The notes below the pieces were generated by a model that did not search any database, was not told where the DNA came from, and saw nothing but the letters and a program-made list of their open reading frames with translations. The position numbers and the translations under genes were made by a program. Below are positions 43,822 through 53,951 of a stretch of DNA of 64,000 nucleotides, in pieces (position 1 is the stretch's first letter; every line of letters starts with the position of its first letter). The DNA comes from Thermoanaerobaculia bacterium (GTDB lineage: Bacteria > Acidobacteriota > Thermoanaerobaculia > Thermoanaerobaculales > Sulfomarinibacteraceae), in assembly GCA_027061805.1 (NCBI GenBank), contig JAMOWA010000045.1, forward strand, positions 49,317 through 113,316, read 5' to 3'.

Positions 43822-45086
43822 TCCGACGAGTGAAGGGAACGCGGGACATCCTGCCTCCGGAGAGCCGGCTCTGGGTCGCCGTGGAGGCGGAGGCCCACCG
43901 GATCTTCTCGGGTTTCGGGTACGACGAGATCCGCCTCCCTGTGATGGAGCCCACCGAGCTCTTCGTCCGGTCCGTGGGTGAGGGAACGGACATCGTCTCC
44001 AAGGAGATGTACACCTTCTCCGACCGGAAGGGGCGGTCCCTGACCCTGCGACCCGAGGGGACCGCTGGCGTGGCGCGGGCCTACATCGAGAACGGTCTGG
44101 GCCAGAGGCCGCACCCCCTCCGGCTGTCCTACATGGGGCCCATGTTCCGCTACGAGAAGATGCAACGGGGGCGGTACCGTCAGTTCTCCCAGATCGGTCT
44201 CGAGCTCCTGGGGGCGGCGACACCGGAGGCGGACGTGGAGGTGCTCCTGGTGCTCCACACCTTCCTGGCCGCCCTGGGTTTCGACGACCTGGTGATCGTG
44301 CTCAACAACCTCGGGGACCCGGAGGACCGGGAGCGGTACATCGAGGTGCTGAAGGGTGAGCTGACCCCGCACCGCGAGCGGCTCTGCCGCGACTGCCAGC
44401 GCCGGTGGGACGAGAACCCCCTCCGGATCCTGGATTGCAAGGTCCCCTCGTGCAGGGAGATCGTCGAAGGCACCACTCCGGTGGGCGAGGTGGCCTCTCC
44501 CGAGTCGCAGACGCACGTGGCGGCCGTGGAGGAGCAGCTGTCCGCCCTGGGCATCGCGGTGCGCCGGGCACCCCGTCTGGTGCGCGGCCTGGACTACTAC
44601 CTGAGGACCGTGTTCGAGGTGATCTCCCCTGAGCTGGGGGAGAACACCGTGATCTGTGGTGGTGGCCGCTACGACCGCCTCATCTCCGACCTGGGCGGAT
44701 CCCAGGTGCCGGGAATCGGCTTCGCCATCGGCGAGGACCGCCTGGTGGAGGTGCTGCCCGAATCCACCAGGGAGCGGTTCCTGGGAGAGCGGCCGGTGGC
44801 CGTGCTGCCGGTCGGCGGGGGTGCCGCCACGGTCGCGCTGGACCTGGCCCGGAAGCTGGCCCTGGCCGGTGTGCGGGCCGAGGTGGAGGTGACGGGGCGT
44901 TCCCTGAAGGCCGGCCTCAAGTGGGCGGGCAAGCTCCACGCCCGGTGGGTCGTCATCCTGGGCGAGGACGAGCTGGCCGTGGCGCAGGCGACTGTCCGGC
45001 ATATGGACACCGGGGAGCAGGAACGCATGGCCCTGGACTCGGTGGCTCGCCGGCTCGCCGGCGGCACGGAGGCTGGGGTCGACTGA
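43818..45086 (+). CDS. hisS: histidine--tRNA ligase
   Basis: VKGTRDILPPES, MYTFSDRKGRSLTLRPEGTAGVARAY, YMGPMFRYEKMQRGRYRQFSQIG, and GGGRYDRLISDLGG. ATGA overlap with the upstream gene. Confidence 0.95.
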   Translation: MIRRVKGTRDILPPESRLWVAVEAEAHRIFSGFGYDEIRLPVMEPTELFVRSVGEGTDIVSKEMYTFSDRKGRSLTLRPEGTAGVARAYIENGLGQRPHPLRLSYMGPMFRYEKMQRGRYRQFSQIGLELLGAATPEADVEVLLVLHTFLAALGFDDLVIVLNNLGDPEDRERYIEVLKGELTPHRERLCRDCQRRWDENPLRILDCKVPSCREIVEGTTPVGEVASPESQTHVAAVEEQLSALGIAVRRAPRLVRGLDYYLRTVFEVISPELGENTVICGGGRYDRLISDLGGSQVPGIGFAIGEDRLVEVLPESTRERFLGERPVAVLPVGGGAATVALDLARKLALAGVRAEVEVTGRSLKAGLKWAGKLHARWVVILGEDELAVAQATVRHMDTGEQERMALDSVARRLAGGTEAGVD

Positions 45087-45133
45087 CGAGGGGACATTCC
45101 TCCGGAGCCGCCGATCCGGTAGGATGCGGCCCC

Positions 45134-46162
45134 ATGCGCGCGTCGGACTTCGACTACCACCTTCCCGAGGATCGCATCGCCCAGCGGCCGGTGCCACGGG
45201 GCACCGCCCGCCTTCTGGTGGTGGACCGCAGGGGCGAGGGGTTCGCCCACCGGAGGGTCGCCGACCTGCCCGGCCTGCTCGAGCCGGGCGACCTGGTGCT
45301 GCTCAACGACACGCGGGTGATCGCCGCCCGGCTCTTCGCACGCCGCTCCACGGGGCGCCGCTTCGAGCTCCTCCTCCTCGGGCCGGTGGATCACGAACGG
45401 TGGACGGCGCTCCTGCGCCCCACCGCCCGGGCCCGCCCCGGTGAAGCCCTGGAGCTGCCCGACGGGGGTCTGGTGGTGCCGGAGGAGCACCTGGGGGAGG
45501 GCGTGTGGAGGCTCCGCTTCGAGCCACCCCTCGACGTGGACCGGCTGGACGGTATCGGAGAGCCTCCGCTGCCCCCCTACATCCGCCGGCCGGAGGGTGC
45601 CACCGAGGCGGACCGCAGCGCCTACCAGACGGTCTACGCCAGGGTCCCGGGCGCGGTGGCCGCCCCCACCGCGGGCCTCCACCTGACGGAGGAGATCCTG
45701 TCGGAGCTCGCCGCGCGGGGGGTCGAGGTGGCCTCCCTCACCCTCCACGTGGGGATCGGGACCTTCCGGCCGGTCTCGGTGGAGAACGTGGAGGAGCACC
45801 GCATGCACGAGGAGCGCTACGAGATCCCGCCGTCCACGGCGCGGACCATCAACACGGCGCTCGGTGAGGGGCGGCGCATCGTCTGTGTCGGCACCACCAG
45901 CGTGCGGGCCCTGGAGTCGGCGCTGGCCGCGGGGGGAGGCACCGTCCGGCCCGGGCCCGGGCGGAGCGACCTCTTCATCCGCCCCGGCCACCGGTTCCTG
46001 GGGACCGGCGCGCTGATGACCAACTTCCACCTGCCCCGCTCCACGCTGCTCATGCTGGTGTGTGCCCTGGCGGGCCGCAAGCGGACCCTGGCGGCCTACC
46101 GGGAGGCGGTGGAGCACGGCTACCGCTTCTACTCCTACGGGGATGCCATGCTGATCCTCTGA
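45134..46162 (+). CDS. queA: S-adenosylmethionine:tRNA ribosyltransferase-isomerase
   Basis: MRASDFDYHLPEDRIAQRP, LLNDTRVIAARL, PLPPYIRR, YQTVYA, APTAGLHLT, VGTTSVRALES, and NFHLPRSTLLMLV. Confidence 0.95.
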   Translation: MRASDFDYHLPEDRIAQRPVPRGTARLLVVDRRGEGFAHRRVADLPGLLEPGDLVLLNDTRVIAARLFARRSTGRRFELLLLGPVDHERWTALLRPTARARPGEALELPDGGLVVPEEHLGEGVWRLRFEPPLDVDRLDGIGEPPLPPYIRRPEGATEADRSAYQTVYARVPGAVAAPTAGLHLTEEILSELAARGVEVASLTLHVGIGTFRPVSVENVEEHRMHEERYEIPPSTARTINTALGEGRRIVCVGTTSVRALESALAAGGGTVRPGPGRSDLFIRPGHRFLGTGALMTNFHLPRSTLLMLVCALAGRKRTLAAYREAVEHGYRFYSYGDAMLIL

Positions 46163-46236
46163 GCCTCCCGGGTTTACTCCCACCGGAGGACCCTTTACTC
46201 TCCTGATGCCCCCATTGGCGGGCCCCGGAGGCGACG

Positions 46237-47988
46237 ATGACGATGTCGGCATGGCAGCGGCCGTGGTGTGGAAGCCTGAGACGCGAGGACCTTGGTCGGA
46301 ACGTGGAGCTCGTGGGCTGGGTCCGGAGGAGCCGGGACCTGGGAGGGCTCGTGTTCGCGGACCTCAGAGACCGGTCGGGCCTGGTCCAGCTGGTCTTCGA
46401 GAGCGAGATGCTCGCGGCGGGCGAGGGGCTCTCCCAGCAGGACGTGATCCTGGTGCGGGGTACGGTGCGCGAACGGGCCGAGGGGCAGGCCAACCCCGAC
46501 CTGCCCACGGGCGAGGTGGAGGTGCGCGTGACGGAGATGGAGCTGCTCAGCCATGCCGAGACCCCGCCCTTCCTGGTGGAGGACGACACCAACGCCTCCG
46601 AGGAGCTCCGGCTGGAGTACCGCTATCTGGACCTGCGCCGTCCCGTGATGCTCGAGAACCTCATGCTCCGGCACCGGGTGGTGGCCGAGACCCGCCGCTA
46701 CTTCGACGAGATGGAGTTCGTGGAGGTGGAGACCCCCATCCTGACCCGGTCCACCCCCGAGGGTGCACGGGACTTCCTGGTGCCCTCACGGATCCACAAG
46801 GGCTCCTTCTACGCCCTCCCCCAGTCCCCCCAGCTCTTCAAGCAGCTCCTCCAGGTGGCGGGGTTGGGGCGCTACGTGCAGATCGCCCGCTGCTTCCGTG
46901 ACGAGGACCTCCGGGCCGACCGGCAGCCGGAGTTCACCCAGGTGGACGTGGAGGCCTCCTTCGTCACCGAGGAGGACATCTTCGTACTCATCGAGGGGCT
47001 CTTCGCGAGGGTCTTCCCCCTGGTGGGCATCGAGCCGCCCGAGACCTTCCCGCGCATGGCCTACGCCGAGGCCATGGAGCGCTTCGGCTCGGATCGTCCG
47101 GACACCCGCTTCGGCCTGGAGCTGGTGGAGCTCGCGCCGCTGTGCGAGGGCTGTGGCTTCCGCGTGCTCGAGTCCGCGGCGGCCGAGGGGCGGGTCAAGG
47201 GCCTCGTGCTGCCCGGCGGCGCCGGGCTCTCCCGCAGGGAGCTCGATGCCCTCACGGAATTCGTGAAACCCTACGGGGCGGCCGGGGTGCTGTGGTTCAA
47301 GCGCAGCGCCGAGGGCGTGGCCTCGCCGGCGAAGAAGGCCCTGGGCGAGGAGGGTGTGCTCCGCTTCCTGGAGGCGGCCGGGGCCGGCGAGGGCGACCTC
47401 CTCCTGGTGGTGGGCGGTCCCCGGAAGGTGGTGCTCGCCGCCCTGGGGGCGCTGCGGCTCCACCTGGCCGCGGAACGGGGCCTGGTGCCGGAGGACCGCC
47501 ACGACTTCCTCTGGGTGACGGACTTTCCCCTGCTCGAGTGGAGCGAGGAGGACGGGCGCTTCTACGCCATGCACCACCCCTTCACGGCCCCCCGGCCGGA
47601 GGACGTGGAGAAGCTCGGCTCCGATCCCGGTGCGGTGAGGGCGCGGGCCTACGACGTGGTCATGGACGGTGTGGAGCTGGGGGGCGGCTCCATCCGGATC
47701 CACGACCCGGAGGTGCAGCGGCGGATGTTCGCGACCCTGGGCATCGGGGAGGAGGAGGCGCGGGCGCGCTTCGGCTTCCTGCTGGAGGCCTTCCGCTACG
47801 GGGTTCCGCCCCACGGGGGCATCGCCCTGGGCCTGGACCGGATGGTCATGCTCATGGCCGGCCGGGACTCCATCCGGGACGTGATCGCCTTCCCCAAGAC
47901 CACCTCGGCCTCCTGTCTGCTCACCGGGGCCCCCTCCGGCGTGGACCCCGCCCAGCTCGAGGAGCTCGGTCTGAAACCATCGGAGTAG
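46237..47988 (+). CDS. aspS: aspartate--tRNA ligase
   Basis: GWVRRSRDLGGLVFADLRDRSGLVQLVF, FVEVETPILTRSTPEGARDFLVPSR, YALPQSPQLFKQLL, QIARCFRDEDLRADRQPEFTQVD, GGSIRIH, and PPHGGIALGLDRMVML. Confidence 0.95.
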   Translation: MTMSAWQRPWCGSLRREDLGRNVELVGWVRRSRDLGGLVFADLRDRSGLVQLVFESEMLAAGEGLSQQDVILVRGTVRERAEGQANPDLPTGEVEVRVTEMELLSHAETPPFLVEDDTNASEELRLEYRYLDLRRPVMLENLMLRHRVVAETRRYFDEMEFVEVETPILTRSTPEGARDFLVPSRIHKGSFYALPQSPQLFKQLLQVAGLGRYVQIARCFRDEDLRADRQPEFTQVDVEASFVTEEDIFVLIEGLFARVFPLVGIEPPETFPRMAYAEAMERFGSDRPDTRFGLELVELAPLCEGCGFRVLESAAAEGRVKGLVLPGGAGLSRRELDALTEFVKPYGAAGVLWFKRSAEGVASPAKKALGEEGVLRFLEAAGAGEGDLLLVVGGPRKVVLAALGALRLHLAAERGLVPEDRHDFLWVTDFPLLEWSEEDGRFYAMHHPFTAPRPEDVEKLGSDPGAVRARAYDVVMDGVELGGGSIRIHDPEVQRRMFATLGIGEEEARARFGFLLEAFRYGVPPHGGIALGLDRMVMLMAGRDSIRDVIAFPKTTSASCLLTGAPSGVDPAQLEELGLKPSE

Positions 47989-48015
47989 TGGCCCGGTCCA
48001 CGCAGCCTTGGGGGA

Positions 48016-48360
48016 TCAGGTGCCCCCGGCAGGGGCGTCCCTGTCCCCTGAGGCCGTGGAGACCCTCCACAGGCCCGCGGCGATGAGGAGGCCCCCCACC
48101 GCCTGGGGCCACCCCATGCGCTCCCCCAGGAACAGGGCGGCCAGCGAGCCGGCGGCCAGGGGCTGCAACGTGGTGTAGGCCGCCACCAGGGACGGCGTCG
48201 AGCGTGCCACGGCCCAGGTGTTGATCAGGTAGTTGAGGGTGGTGGGAATGAGGACGATGTAGAGGAGGCCGAGCCACACGGCCCCTCCGAGATCCGCTAC
48301 CGGCAGGGCCGCATGGACGCGCCAGGAGACCGGGCCGACGGGGCCCTCAGCGTGTGCCAT
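48016..48360 (-). pseudogene. EamA/DMT-family transporter fragment (C-terminal half-domain only)
   Basis: The 114-aa ORF matches only the last 3 or so helices of an EamA domain (LLYIVLIPTTLNYLINTWAVARSTPSLVAAYTTLQPLAAGSLAALFLGERMGWPQAVGGLLIAAGL). No N-terminal half is present. An unrelated gene sits immediately upstream. Confidence 0.4.
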
Positions 48361-48616
48361 CGTCCTCCGGGAGCTCGTGGAGCGTCAGCTCGCCACGCTC
48401 GGCCCGGGCCAGGAGGTCGAACGCCTCGGCCGCGCGGTCGGCGGGAACGCGGACCTTCGCCTGCCCGAGGCCGTCCAGGGTGAGGCCATGGGTGAGACGG
48501 AGCGCCTCTCCGTGGATGCGAGAGGGGATGCCCCAGGCCTCCAGGAAGGCCACGATCTGCCGGGCCTCCATGTCGCCCTGTGCGGTGAAGACGGTGACGT
48601 CCGCCGGTACCATCAT
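48347..48616 (-). CDS. DUF2007-like small protein (putative signal-transducing, PII-like fold)
   Basis: MMVPADVTVFTAQGDMEARQIVAFLEAWGIPSRIHGE ... VRVPADRAAEAFDLL. GGGAGGG lies about 9 nt upstream of this ATG. The longer ORF start at 48727 is possible. Confidence 0.55.
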   Translation of the reverse strand: MMVPADVTVFTAQGDMEARQIVAFLEAWGIPSRIHGEALRLTHGLTLDGLGQAKVRVPADRAAEAFDLLARAERGELTLHELPEDDGTR

Positions 48617-48748
48617 GTCGTGCTTCCCTCCCGCCTTGACAGCGCGGGGAGTACCCCGGGTATTCCCGGCGGACGCCTGCTCCTGGGGACGGTAGCGGAT
48701 GACGCGGGCCTCCTCGATGGTGATCATGGCCCCGCACCCCGCCGCCGC

Positions 48749-50086
48749 TCAGAACCCCGCGATCACCCCGTGGATCGTGTACGCCATGAGCGCCCCCATC
48801 ACGGTGTTGGCCAGGTTGGTGCCGTGGTTGGTGGCGGGGCCGAGGCCGTCCAGGAGGCCCTCGGCCAGCATGGCCAGGAATCCGCCGGCCGCGACGGGAA
48901 GGAGCCAGTCCGCCGGCAGGAAGCCGCTCCACACGGCGGCCCCCGCCACGAGGGTGGCACCGGAGGCCCCGGCCAGGGTGCCGGGGATGGAGACGGCGCC
49001 CTCGGTGCCGGGGGGGACCCTCCGGAGGGAGGGGATGGCCCGGGCGGTGCGACCGTAGGCCTTGCCCAGCTCGGAGGCCATGGTGTCGGCCAGGGCGGCG
49101 GCGAGGCCGCCGGCCACCAGGAGGGCGGCGAGCTCGCCGTGGCCACCGAGGCCCCAGAGGGCCGAGCCCAGCAGGCAGAGGGAGCCGTTGGCCAGGACAT
49201 GCCCCACCCCGCGGCGGGCCTCGTCCTCGAGGCCGAGGCGGCGCTTCTCGGTCCGGCGGACCCGGGTCACCAGGGTGCCGATCCCCAGGAAGAGCCAGAG
49301 CAGGAGGTAGGCCCGCCAGGAGCCGAGGCCCAGGGTGACGGTGCCGAGCAGCCAGGCCGCGGCGATGCCGGCGGGTTCCAGCAATCGCACCGCCCATGCC
49401 GCGAGCGCGATGGCGAGGTTGATCCCGGCGGCCACGGCCAGCGGGCGCAGGTCGGGCGGACCGAAGCCCGCCCCCAGGCCCGCAGCCAGCACCAGGGTGC
49501 CCAGGAGCGGCGGGAGCACGTTGTCGTCCAGGCCGTGGGGGACGGTCTCCAGGAGGCCTGCGGCCAGGGTTGCCGCAAGCACCACGGCGGCCACGGCGGC
49601 GTGCTGGACTGCGGGGAGCGGGAGCGTGCCGCCCACGGCCCACAGGAGCAGGAGCCACCCCAGGACGCCGCCTCCGAGGAGATAGCCCCCCAGGCCCTCC
49701 CACGATTTCTTCGGGTTCCAGGGCAGGGGGCTCCGGCCCCAGAGCATGCCCGCGATCCCGGCCAGGGCGTCGCCGCCTGCCAGAAGGCCCCAGCCGAAGG
49801 CGGCGAGGCCCAGGCCCGGGGGGGCGGGGCGGTGGAAGAGCAGGATGAGGGCGAGGACCACGAGCGGGTAGAGCAGCACGCCGCGGTCGGAGGCGCCCTC
49901 CCGGCTCGTGTCCAGCCGGTGGCCCAGGAGGCGCGGCAGCAGGAGCCAGTTGAAGGCGAAGGCCGCCACCGCACAGACGGCGGCCTGGGGCCAGCTGAGC
50001 CAGCGGAACAGCAGGGCGAAGGCGGCCATCCCCAGGTGCACCGCCTTGCGGGGCAGCTCGCCGGGGGGGAGACGGCGTTCCGTCAC
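48749..50086 (-). CDS. polytopic membrane protein, C-terminal DUF92/TMEM19-like domain with N-terminal polyprenol-kinase/CTP-transferase-like half
   Basis: 445 aa and at least 10 hydrophobic helices. N-terminal half: PRKAVHLGMAAF ... GDALAGIAG ... KKSWEGLGG. C-terminal half: GVGHVLANG ... ADTMASELGK ... GTEGAVSIPGTLAG. Confidence 0.6.
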   Translation of the reverse strand: MTERRLPPGELPRKAVHLGMAAFALLFRWLSWPQAAVCAVAAFAFNWLLLPRLLGHRLDTSREGASDRGVLLYPLVVLALILLFHRPAPPGLGLAAFGWGLLAGGDALAGIAGMLWGRSPLPWNPKKSWEGLGGYLLGGGVLGWLLLLWAVGGTLPLPAVQHAAVAAVVLAATLAAGLLETVPHGLDDNVLPPLLGTLVLAAGLGAGFGPPDLRPLAVAAGINLAIALAAWAVRLLEPAGIAAAWLLGTVTLGLGSWRAYLLLWLFLGIGTLVTRVRRTEKRRLGLEDEARRGVGHVLANGSLCLLGSALWGLGGHGELAALLVAGGLAAALADTMASELGKAYGRTARAIPSLRRVPPGTEGAVSIPGTLAGASGATLVAGAAVWSGFLPADWLLPVAAGGFLAMLAEGLLDGLGPATNHGTNLANTVMGALMAYTIHGVIAGF

Positions 50087-51051
50087 GGCGCCTCCCGTGC
50101 GAGGCGCCGCCTCCAGCCCTCCAGGAGGTCACCGAGGGTCCGTTCCAGTGGGATCGACGGGGCCCAGCCGGTGGCCCGGTGGAGCCTCTCCGCCGAGCCC
50201 CAGAGCTCGGGGATGTCGGCGGGTCGCATGCGCTCCGGGTCCACCATCACGTGCGGCTCCACGGTGCTCAGCGAGACGAGGATCTCCAGGATCTCCCGGA
50301 CGGCCACGGGGCGGCCCGAGCACACGTTGTAGGCCCCGCCGGGTGTGCACCGCTCCGCTGCGAGCCGGTAGGCGCGCACCACGTCCCGCACGTCGGTGAA
50401 GTCACGGATGGCGTCCAGGTTCCCCACGTGCAGCTCGGGAGGCCGGAGGCCGGCCTCCATCTCGGCCAGCTGCCGGGCGAAGGAGGAGGCCACGAAGCGG
50501 TCGGGCCGGCCGGGGCCGGTGTGGTTGAAGGGGCGCATCCGGATCACGGGCAGCCCCCGGGAGGCGTGGAGCTGGTACGCCATGAGGTCCTGGGCGGCCT
50601 TGCTCACCGCGTAGGGTGAGACCGGCCGGAAGGGCTCCTCCTCGGTGAGGGGGCAGCGCGAGGGGTCCACCCGGCCGTAGGCCTCGGCCGAGCACGGCAC
50701 CACCACCACCGGGGAGAGCTCCAGGGCCCGGATGGCCTCGAACAGGTTCGCCTGGCCCACCACGTTCACCTCCAGGATCCGGGCGGGGGTGCTCCACGAG
50801 GAGGCCACGGTGGAGGCGGCCGCCAGGTGGTAGACCACGTCGGGACGGGATTCCTGGAGGACACGCAGCAGCGAGGGGCCGTCGGTGAGGTCGCCGGAGA
50901 CGAGCCGGAGCCCGGGCAGGGACCCCACGGCGGAACGGTCGGAGTCCCACCGGGCCATGCCCCAGACCACGGCATCGCCGTTCTCCTCCAGCAGGGAGCG
51001 GGCCAGCCAGGTGCCCACGAAGCCCGTGACGCCGGTGATCAGGATGCGCAC
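50083..51051 (-). CDS. NAD-dependent sugar-nucleotide epimerase/dehydratase (GDP-4-keto-6-deoxymannose reductase-like SDR)
   Basis: GTG start giving VRILITGVTGFVGTWLA (GxxGxxG), YAVSKAAQD (YxxxK), and RPFNHTGPGR. Confidence 0.8.
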   Translation of the reverse strand: MRILITGVTGFVGTWLARSLLEENGDAVVWGMARWDSDRSAVGSLPGLRLVSGDLTDGPSLLRVLQESRPDVVYHLAAASTVASSWSTPARILEVNVVGQANLFEAIRALELSPVVVVPCSAEAYGRVDPSRCPLTEEEPFRPVSPYAVSKAAQDLMAYQLHASRGLPVIRMRPFNHTGPGRPDRFVASSFARQLAEMEAGLRPPELHVGNLDAIRDFTDVRDVVRAYRLAAERCTPGGAYNVCSGRPVAVREILEILVSLSTVEPHVMVDPERMRPADIPELWGSAERLHRATGWAPSIPLERTLGDLLEGWRRRLAREAP

Positions 51052-51890
51052 CGGGCCTCCATGTAGCGGGCCAGGGCGTCGGTCCAGGGGGGCAGACGGC
51101 GGCCGAGCAGCTTGCCGAGCCGCGTTGTGTCCAGCACGGCCCAGGCGGGGCGGGGCGCCGGCCTCCCGGCCTCCGCCGTCGTGATGGGGACCACCTCGAC
51201 GGGTGTCCCGGCCAGCCGGACGATCTCCGAGGCGAGGCCGTGCCAGGTGGTGTGGCCGGCGTTGACCGCATGGACGATGCCGCGGGCACCGCGCTCCACG
51301 AGGTCGAGGATGGCCTCCGCCAGGTCGTCCGCCAGGGTCGGGCATCCCGTCTGGTCGGCCACCACCTCCAGGCGGGGCCTCCCGGCCTCCACCTGGCGCA
51401 GGATGGCCTCCACGAAGTTGCTCCCGCCCTGGCCGAAGAGCCAGGCGGTGCGCACGACGAGATGTTCGGGGGCCCGGGCGGCCTGCCGCTCCCCCTCGAG
51501 CTTGGTGCGGCCGTAGGCGCCGAGCGGCGCGGGCGGGTCATCCTCCCTCCAGGGTCTGGAGCCCTCGCCGGAGAAGACGTAGTCCGTGGAGACCTGGACC
51601 AGGAGGGCCCCGGTGGTCCCGGCGGCGTCCGCCAGGTGCCCCACGGCCTCCCCGTTGATGCGGAGGGCCTCCGCCTCCCGCTCCTCGCAGGCGTCCACGG
51701 CGGTGAAGGCGGCGCAGTTGACGATCACGCCGGGCTTCACCGAGGCCACCAGGGCGCCCACGGCACTCCGGTCCGTGATGTCCAGGGTGTCCACGTCGTG
51801 CCCCACGGTGGGGATGCCCCGCCGTCCGGCCACCGCCAGGAGGGCCCGGCCCAGCTGGCCCCTGCTGCCGGTGACGAGGAGGGGCCTCAC
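51039..51890 (-). CDS. rfbD: dTDP-4-dehydrorhamnose reductase
   Basis: GTG start (GTGA overlap with the rfbB stop) giving VRPLLVTGSRGQLGRAL. Also VNCAAFTAVDACE, STDYVFSG, YGRTKLEGE, and WLFGQGGSNFV. Confidence 0.9.
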   Translation of the reverse strand: MRPLLVTGSRGQLGRALLAVAGRRGIPTVGHDVDTLDITDRSAVGALVASVKPGVIVNCAAFTAVDACEEREAEALRINGEAVGHLADAAGTTGALLVQVSTDYVFSGEGSRPWREDDPPAPLGAYGRTKLEGERQAARAPEHLVVRTAWLFGQGGSNFVEAILRQVEAGRPRLEVVADQTGCPTLADDLAEAILDLVERGARGIVHAVNAGHTTWHGLASEIVRLAGTPVEVVPITTAEAGRPAPRPAWAVLDTTRLGKLLGRRLPPWTDALARYMEARCAS

Positions 51891-52912
51891 GGGGAGGCGT
51901 CCCCCAGGCGGTCGCCGTACTGGCGCTGGTAGTAGGCGGCGAACTCCTCGTCCTGCTCCCGGATGGGGCGCCACCAGCCCGGGCTGTCCACGTACCAGCG
52001 GATGGTGCGCTCGAGCGCCTCCTCGAATCGGGTGGCCGGCTCGAAGCCCAGGCGGGCCAGCTTGCCCGCGTCCAGGGAGTAGCGGCGGTCGTGGCCGGGC
52101 CGGTCGGTGACGAAGCGGATCAGGTCGTGGGGCTTGTCCAGGACGTCCAGGATCATCCGCGTGACCTCGAGGTTGGTGCGTTCGTTGCCGCCGGCGATGT
52201 TGTAGACCTCGCCGGGTTCGCCCCGCTCGATCAGGAAGTCGATGGCCCGGCAGTGGTCCTCCACGAAGAGCCAGTCCCGCACGTTGCCCCCGTCACCGTA
52301 GAGGGGGAGCGGCAGGTCGGCCAGGGCGTTGGTGACGAAGAGGGGGACGAGCTTCTCCGGGTACTGGTAGGGGCCGAAGTTGTTGGAGGCCCGGGTGATC
52401 ACCACGGGGACGCCGTGGGAGGCCCAGAAGGAGTAGGCGATGCGGTCGCCGCCCGCCTTGGAGGCCGAGTAGGGGTTCCGCGGCATGAGGGGGTCGGTCT
52501 CGGTGAAGGAGCCGGACTCGATGGAGCCGTAGACCTCGTCGGTGGAGATCTGGATGAAGCGCTCCACGCCGCGGCGGCGGGCCTCCTCCAGGAGGACCCA
52601 GACGCCGTAGCAGTCGGTCTGGATGAAGTGGCCCGCGCCCAGGAGCGAGCGATCCACGTGGGTCTCGGCGGCGAAGTTCACCACGGTGTCGCACCCTTCC
52701 ATGGCCCGGGACACCACCTCCGCGTCGCAGATGTCGCCGTGGACGAAGGTGTGGCGAGGGTCGTCCGCCACGTCGGCCAGGTTCTCCAGCCGTCCCGCGT
52801 AGGTGAGCGCGTCGAGGTTGACGACCTCCACACCGGGGTGGGACATCAGGACATGCCGCACGAAGTTCGAGCCGATGAAACCGCAGCCGCCAGTGACCAG
52901 TATCCGCCGCAC
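51887..52912 (-). CDS. rfbB: dTDP-glucose 4,6-dehydratase
   Basis: VRRILVTGGCGFIGSNFV, NLDALTYAG, FAAETHVDRS, ISTDEVYG, YSASKAGGD, and NNFGPYQYPEKLVPLF. Confidence 0.95.
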   Translation of the reverse strand: MRRILVTGGCGFIGSNFVRHVLMSHPGVEVVNLDALTYAGRLENLADVADDPRHTFVHGDICDAEVVSRAMEGCDTVVNFAAETHVDRSLLGAGHFIQTDCYGVWVLLEEARRRGVERFIQISTDEVYGSIESGSFTETDPLMPRNPYSASKAGGDRIAYSFWASHGVPVVITRASNNFGPYQYPEKLVPLFVTNALADLPLPLYGDGGNVRDWLFVEDHCRAIDFLIERGEPGEVYNIAGGNERTNLEVTRMILDVLDKPHDLIRFVTDRPGHDRRYSLDAGKLARLGFEPATRFEEALERTIRWYVDSPGWWRPIREQDEEFAAYYQRQYGDRLGDASP

Positions 52913-53043
52913 GCCGGGCCCTCCCTCCGGAGGATCCGGTTCGGGGTTCGCCGGAATCCTCCGATGGGCGCATGGTAGCAGGTTGTGGAATGCCGGAGCC
53001 CGAAGGCGTATTGTGAGGGGTGGGAGGTCGGACATGCGCGAGA

Positions 53044-53687
53044 TCCAGAGTCAGCCGCCCACGGACGGTGAGCCGATCCACGAGAGGAACGGCAACCTGG
53101 TTTCCCGAAAGGACGAGTCGGGGCTGATCCGGCGCATCGCGGGTCACGTGGCGGGCATCATGGGGGAGCTCAACCTGGACCTCGGCGACCCCAACTTCAC
53201 CCACACGCCCGAGCGCGTGGCGAAGATGTACGTGGAGATGTTCCACGGCATCTTCGAGGGTGCCGAACCGTCGGTGACCACGTTCCCCAACGAGGAGCAC
53301 TACCACCACATGGTCATCGAGCGGGAGATTCCCTTCTACTCCATGTGCGCCCATCACTTCGTACCCTTCTACGGGCACGCCCACATCGCCTACATCCCGC
53401 AGGCCCGCATCGTGGGCCTGTCCAAGCTGCCCCGGATCCTGGAGTTCTACGCCAAGCGGCCCCAGCTCCAGGAGCGGCTGACGGAGCAGGTGGCCGAGTT
53501 CCTCTGGGAAAAGCTGGGCCCCATGGGTGTGATGGTGGTCATCGAGGCCAGGCACCTCTGCGTGGAGATGCGGGGCGTGAAGAAGCCCGGGGCCCTGACC
53601 ACCACCTCGGCGCTCCGGGGCTGCTTCTCCGACCGGAAGGTCCGCGAGGAGTTCCTGGCGCTGGTGCGCCGCCAGACGGCGTGGTAG
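53044..53687 (+). CDS. folE: GTP cyclohydrolase I
   Basis: THTPERVAKMY, FYSMCAHHFVPFYGHAHIAYIP, VGLSKLPRILEFYAKRPQLQERLT, and EARHLCVEMRGV. Confidence 0.95.
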
Positions 53688-53694
53688 GGCGTCA

Positions 53695-53718
53695 GGACGG
53701 GAGGACGGGAGGACGGGA
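53695..53718. repeat. short tandem repeat, GGACGGGA x3
   Basis: Read directly just downstream of the folE stop. Confidence 0.9.
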
Positions 53719-53951
53719 GGGGGTCGGGGCGTCATGTGGTGGGGACGTGAGCTTGTTCTGATTCAGAGGACAGCCACCCCCCGATGCTGCGTCGGCCAGA
53801 CTGGACAGCGGGGCGGGTGGGAGGGGGAAACCGGTCGCGGTCAGGGGCACGGACACGGTCGGGGTCACCATCACAGCCAGTCGTGGTTCCTCCCCGCGCC
53901 CTGACCTCATGTCTCCCCGACGTCCTCACCTTTCCCGGGCTGGGGTATGGC

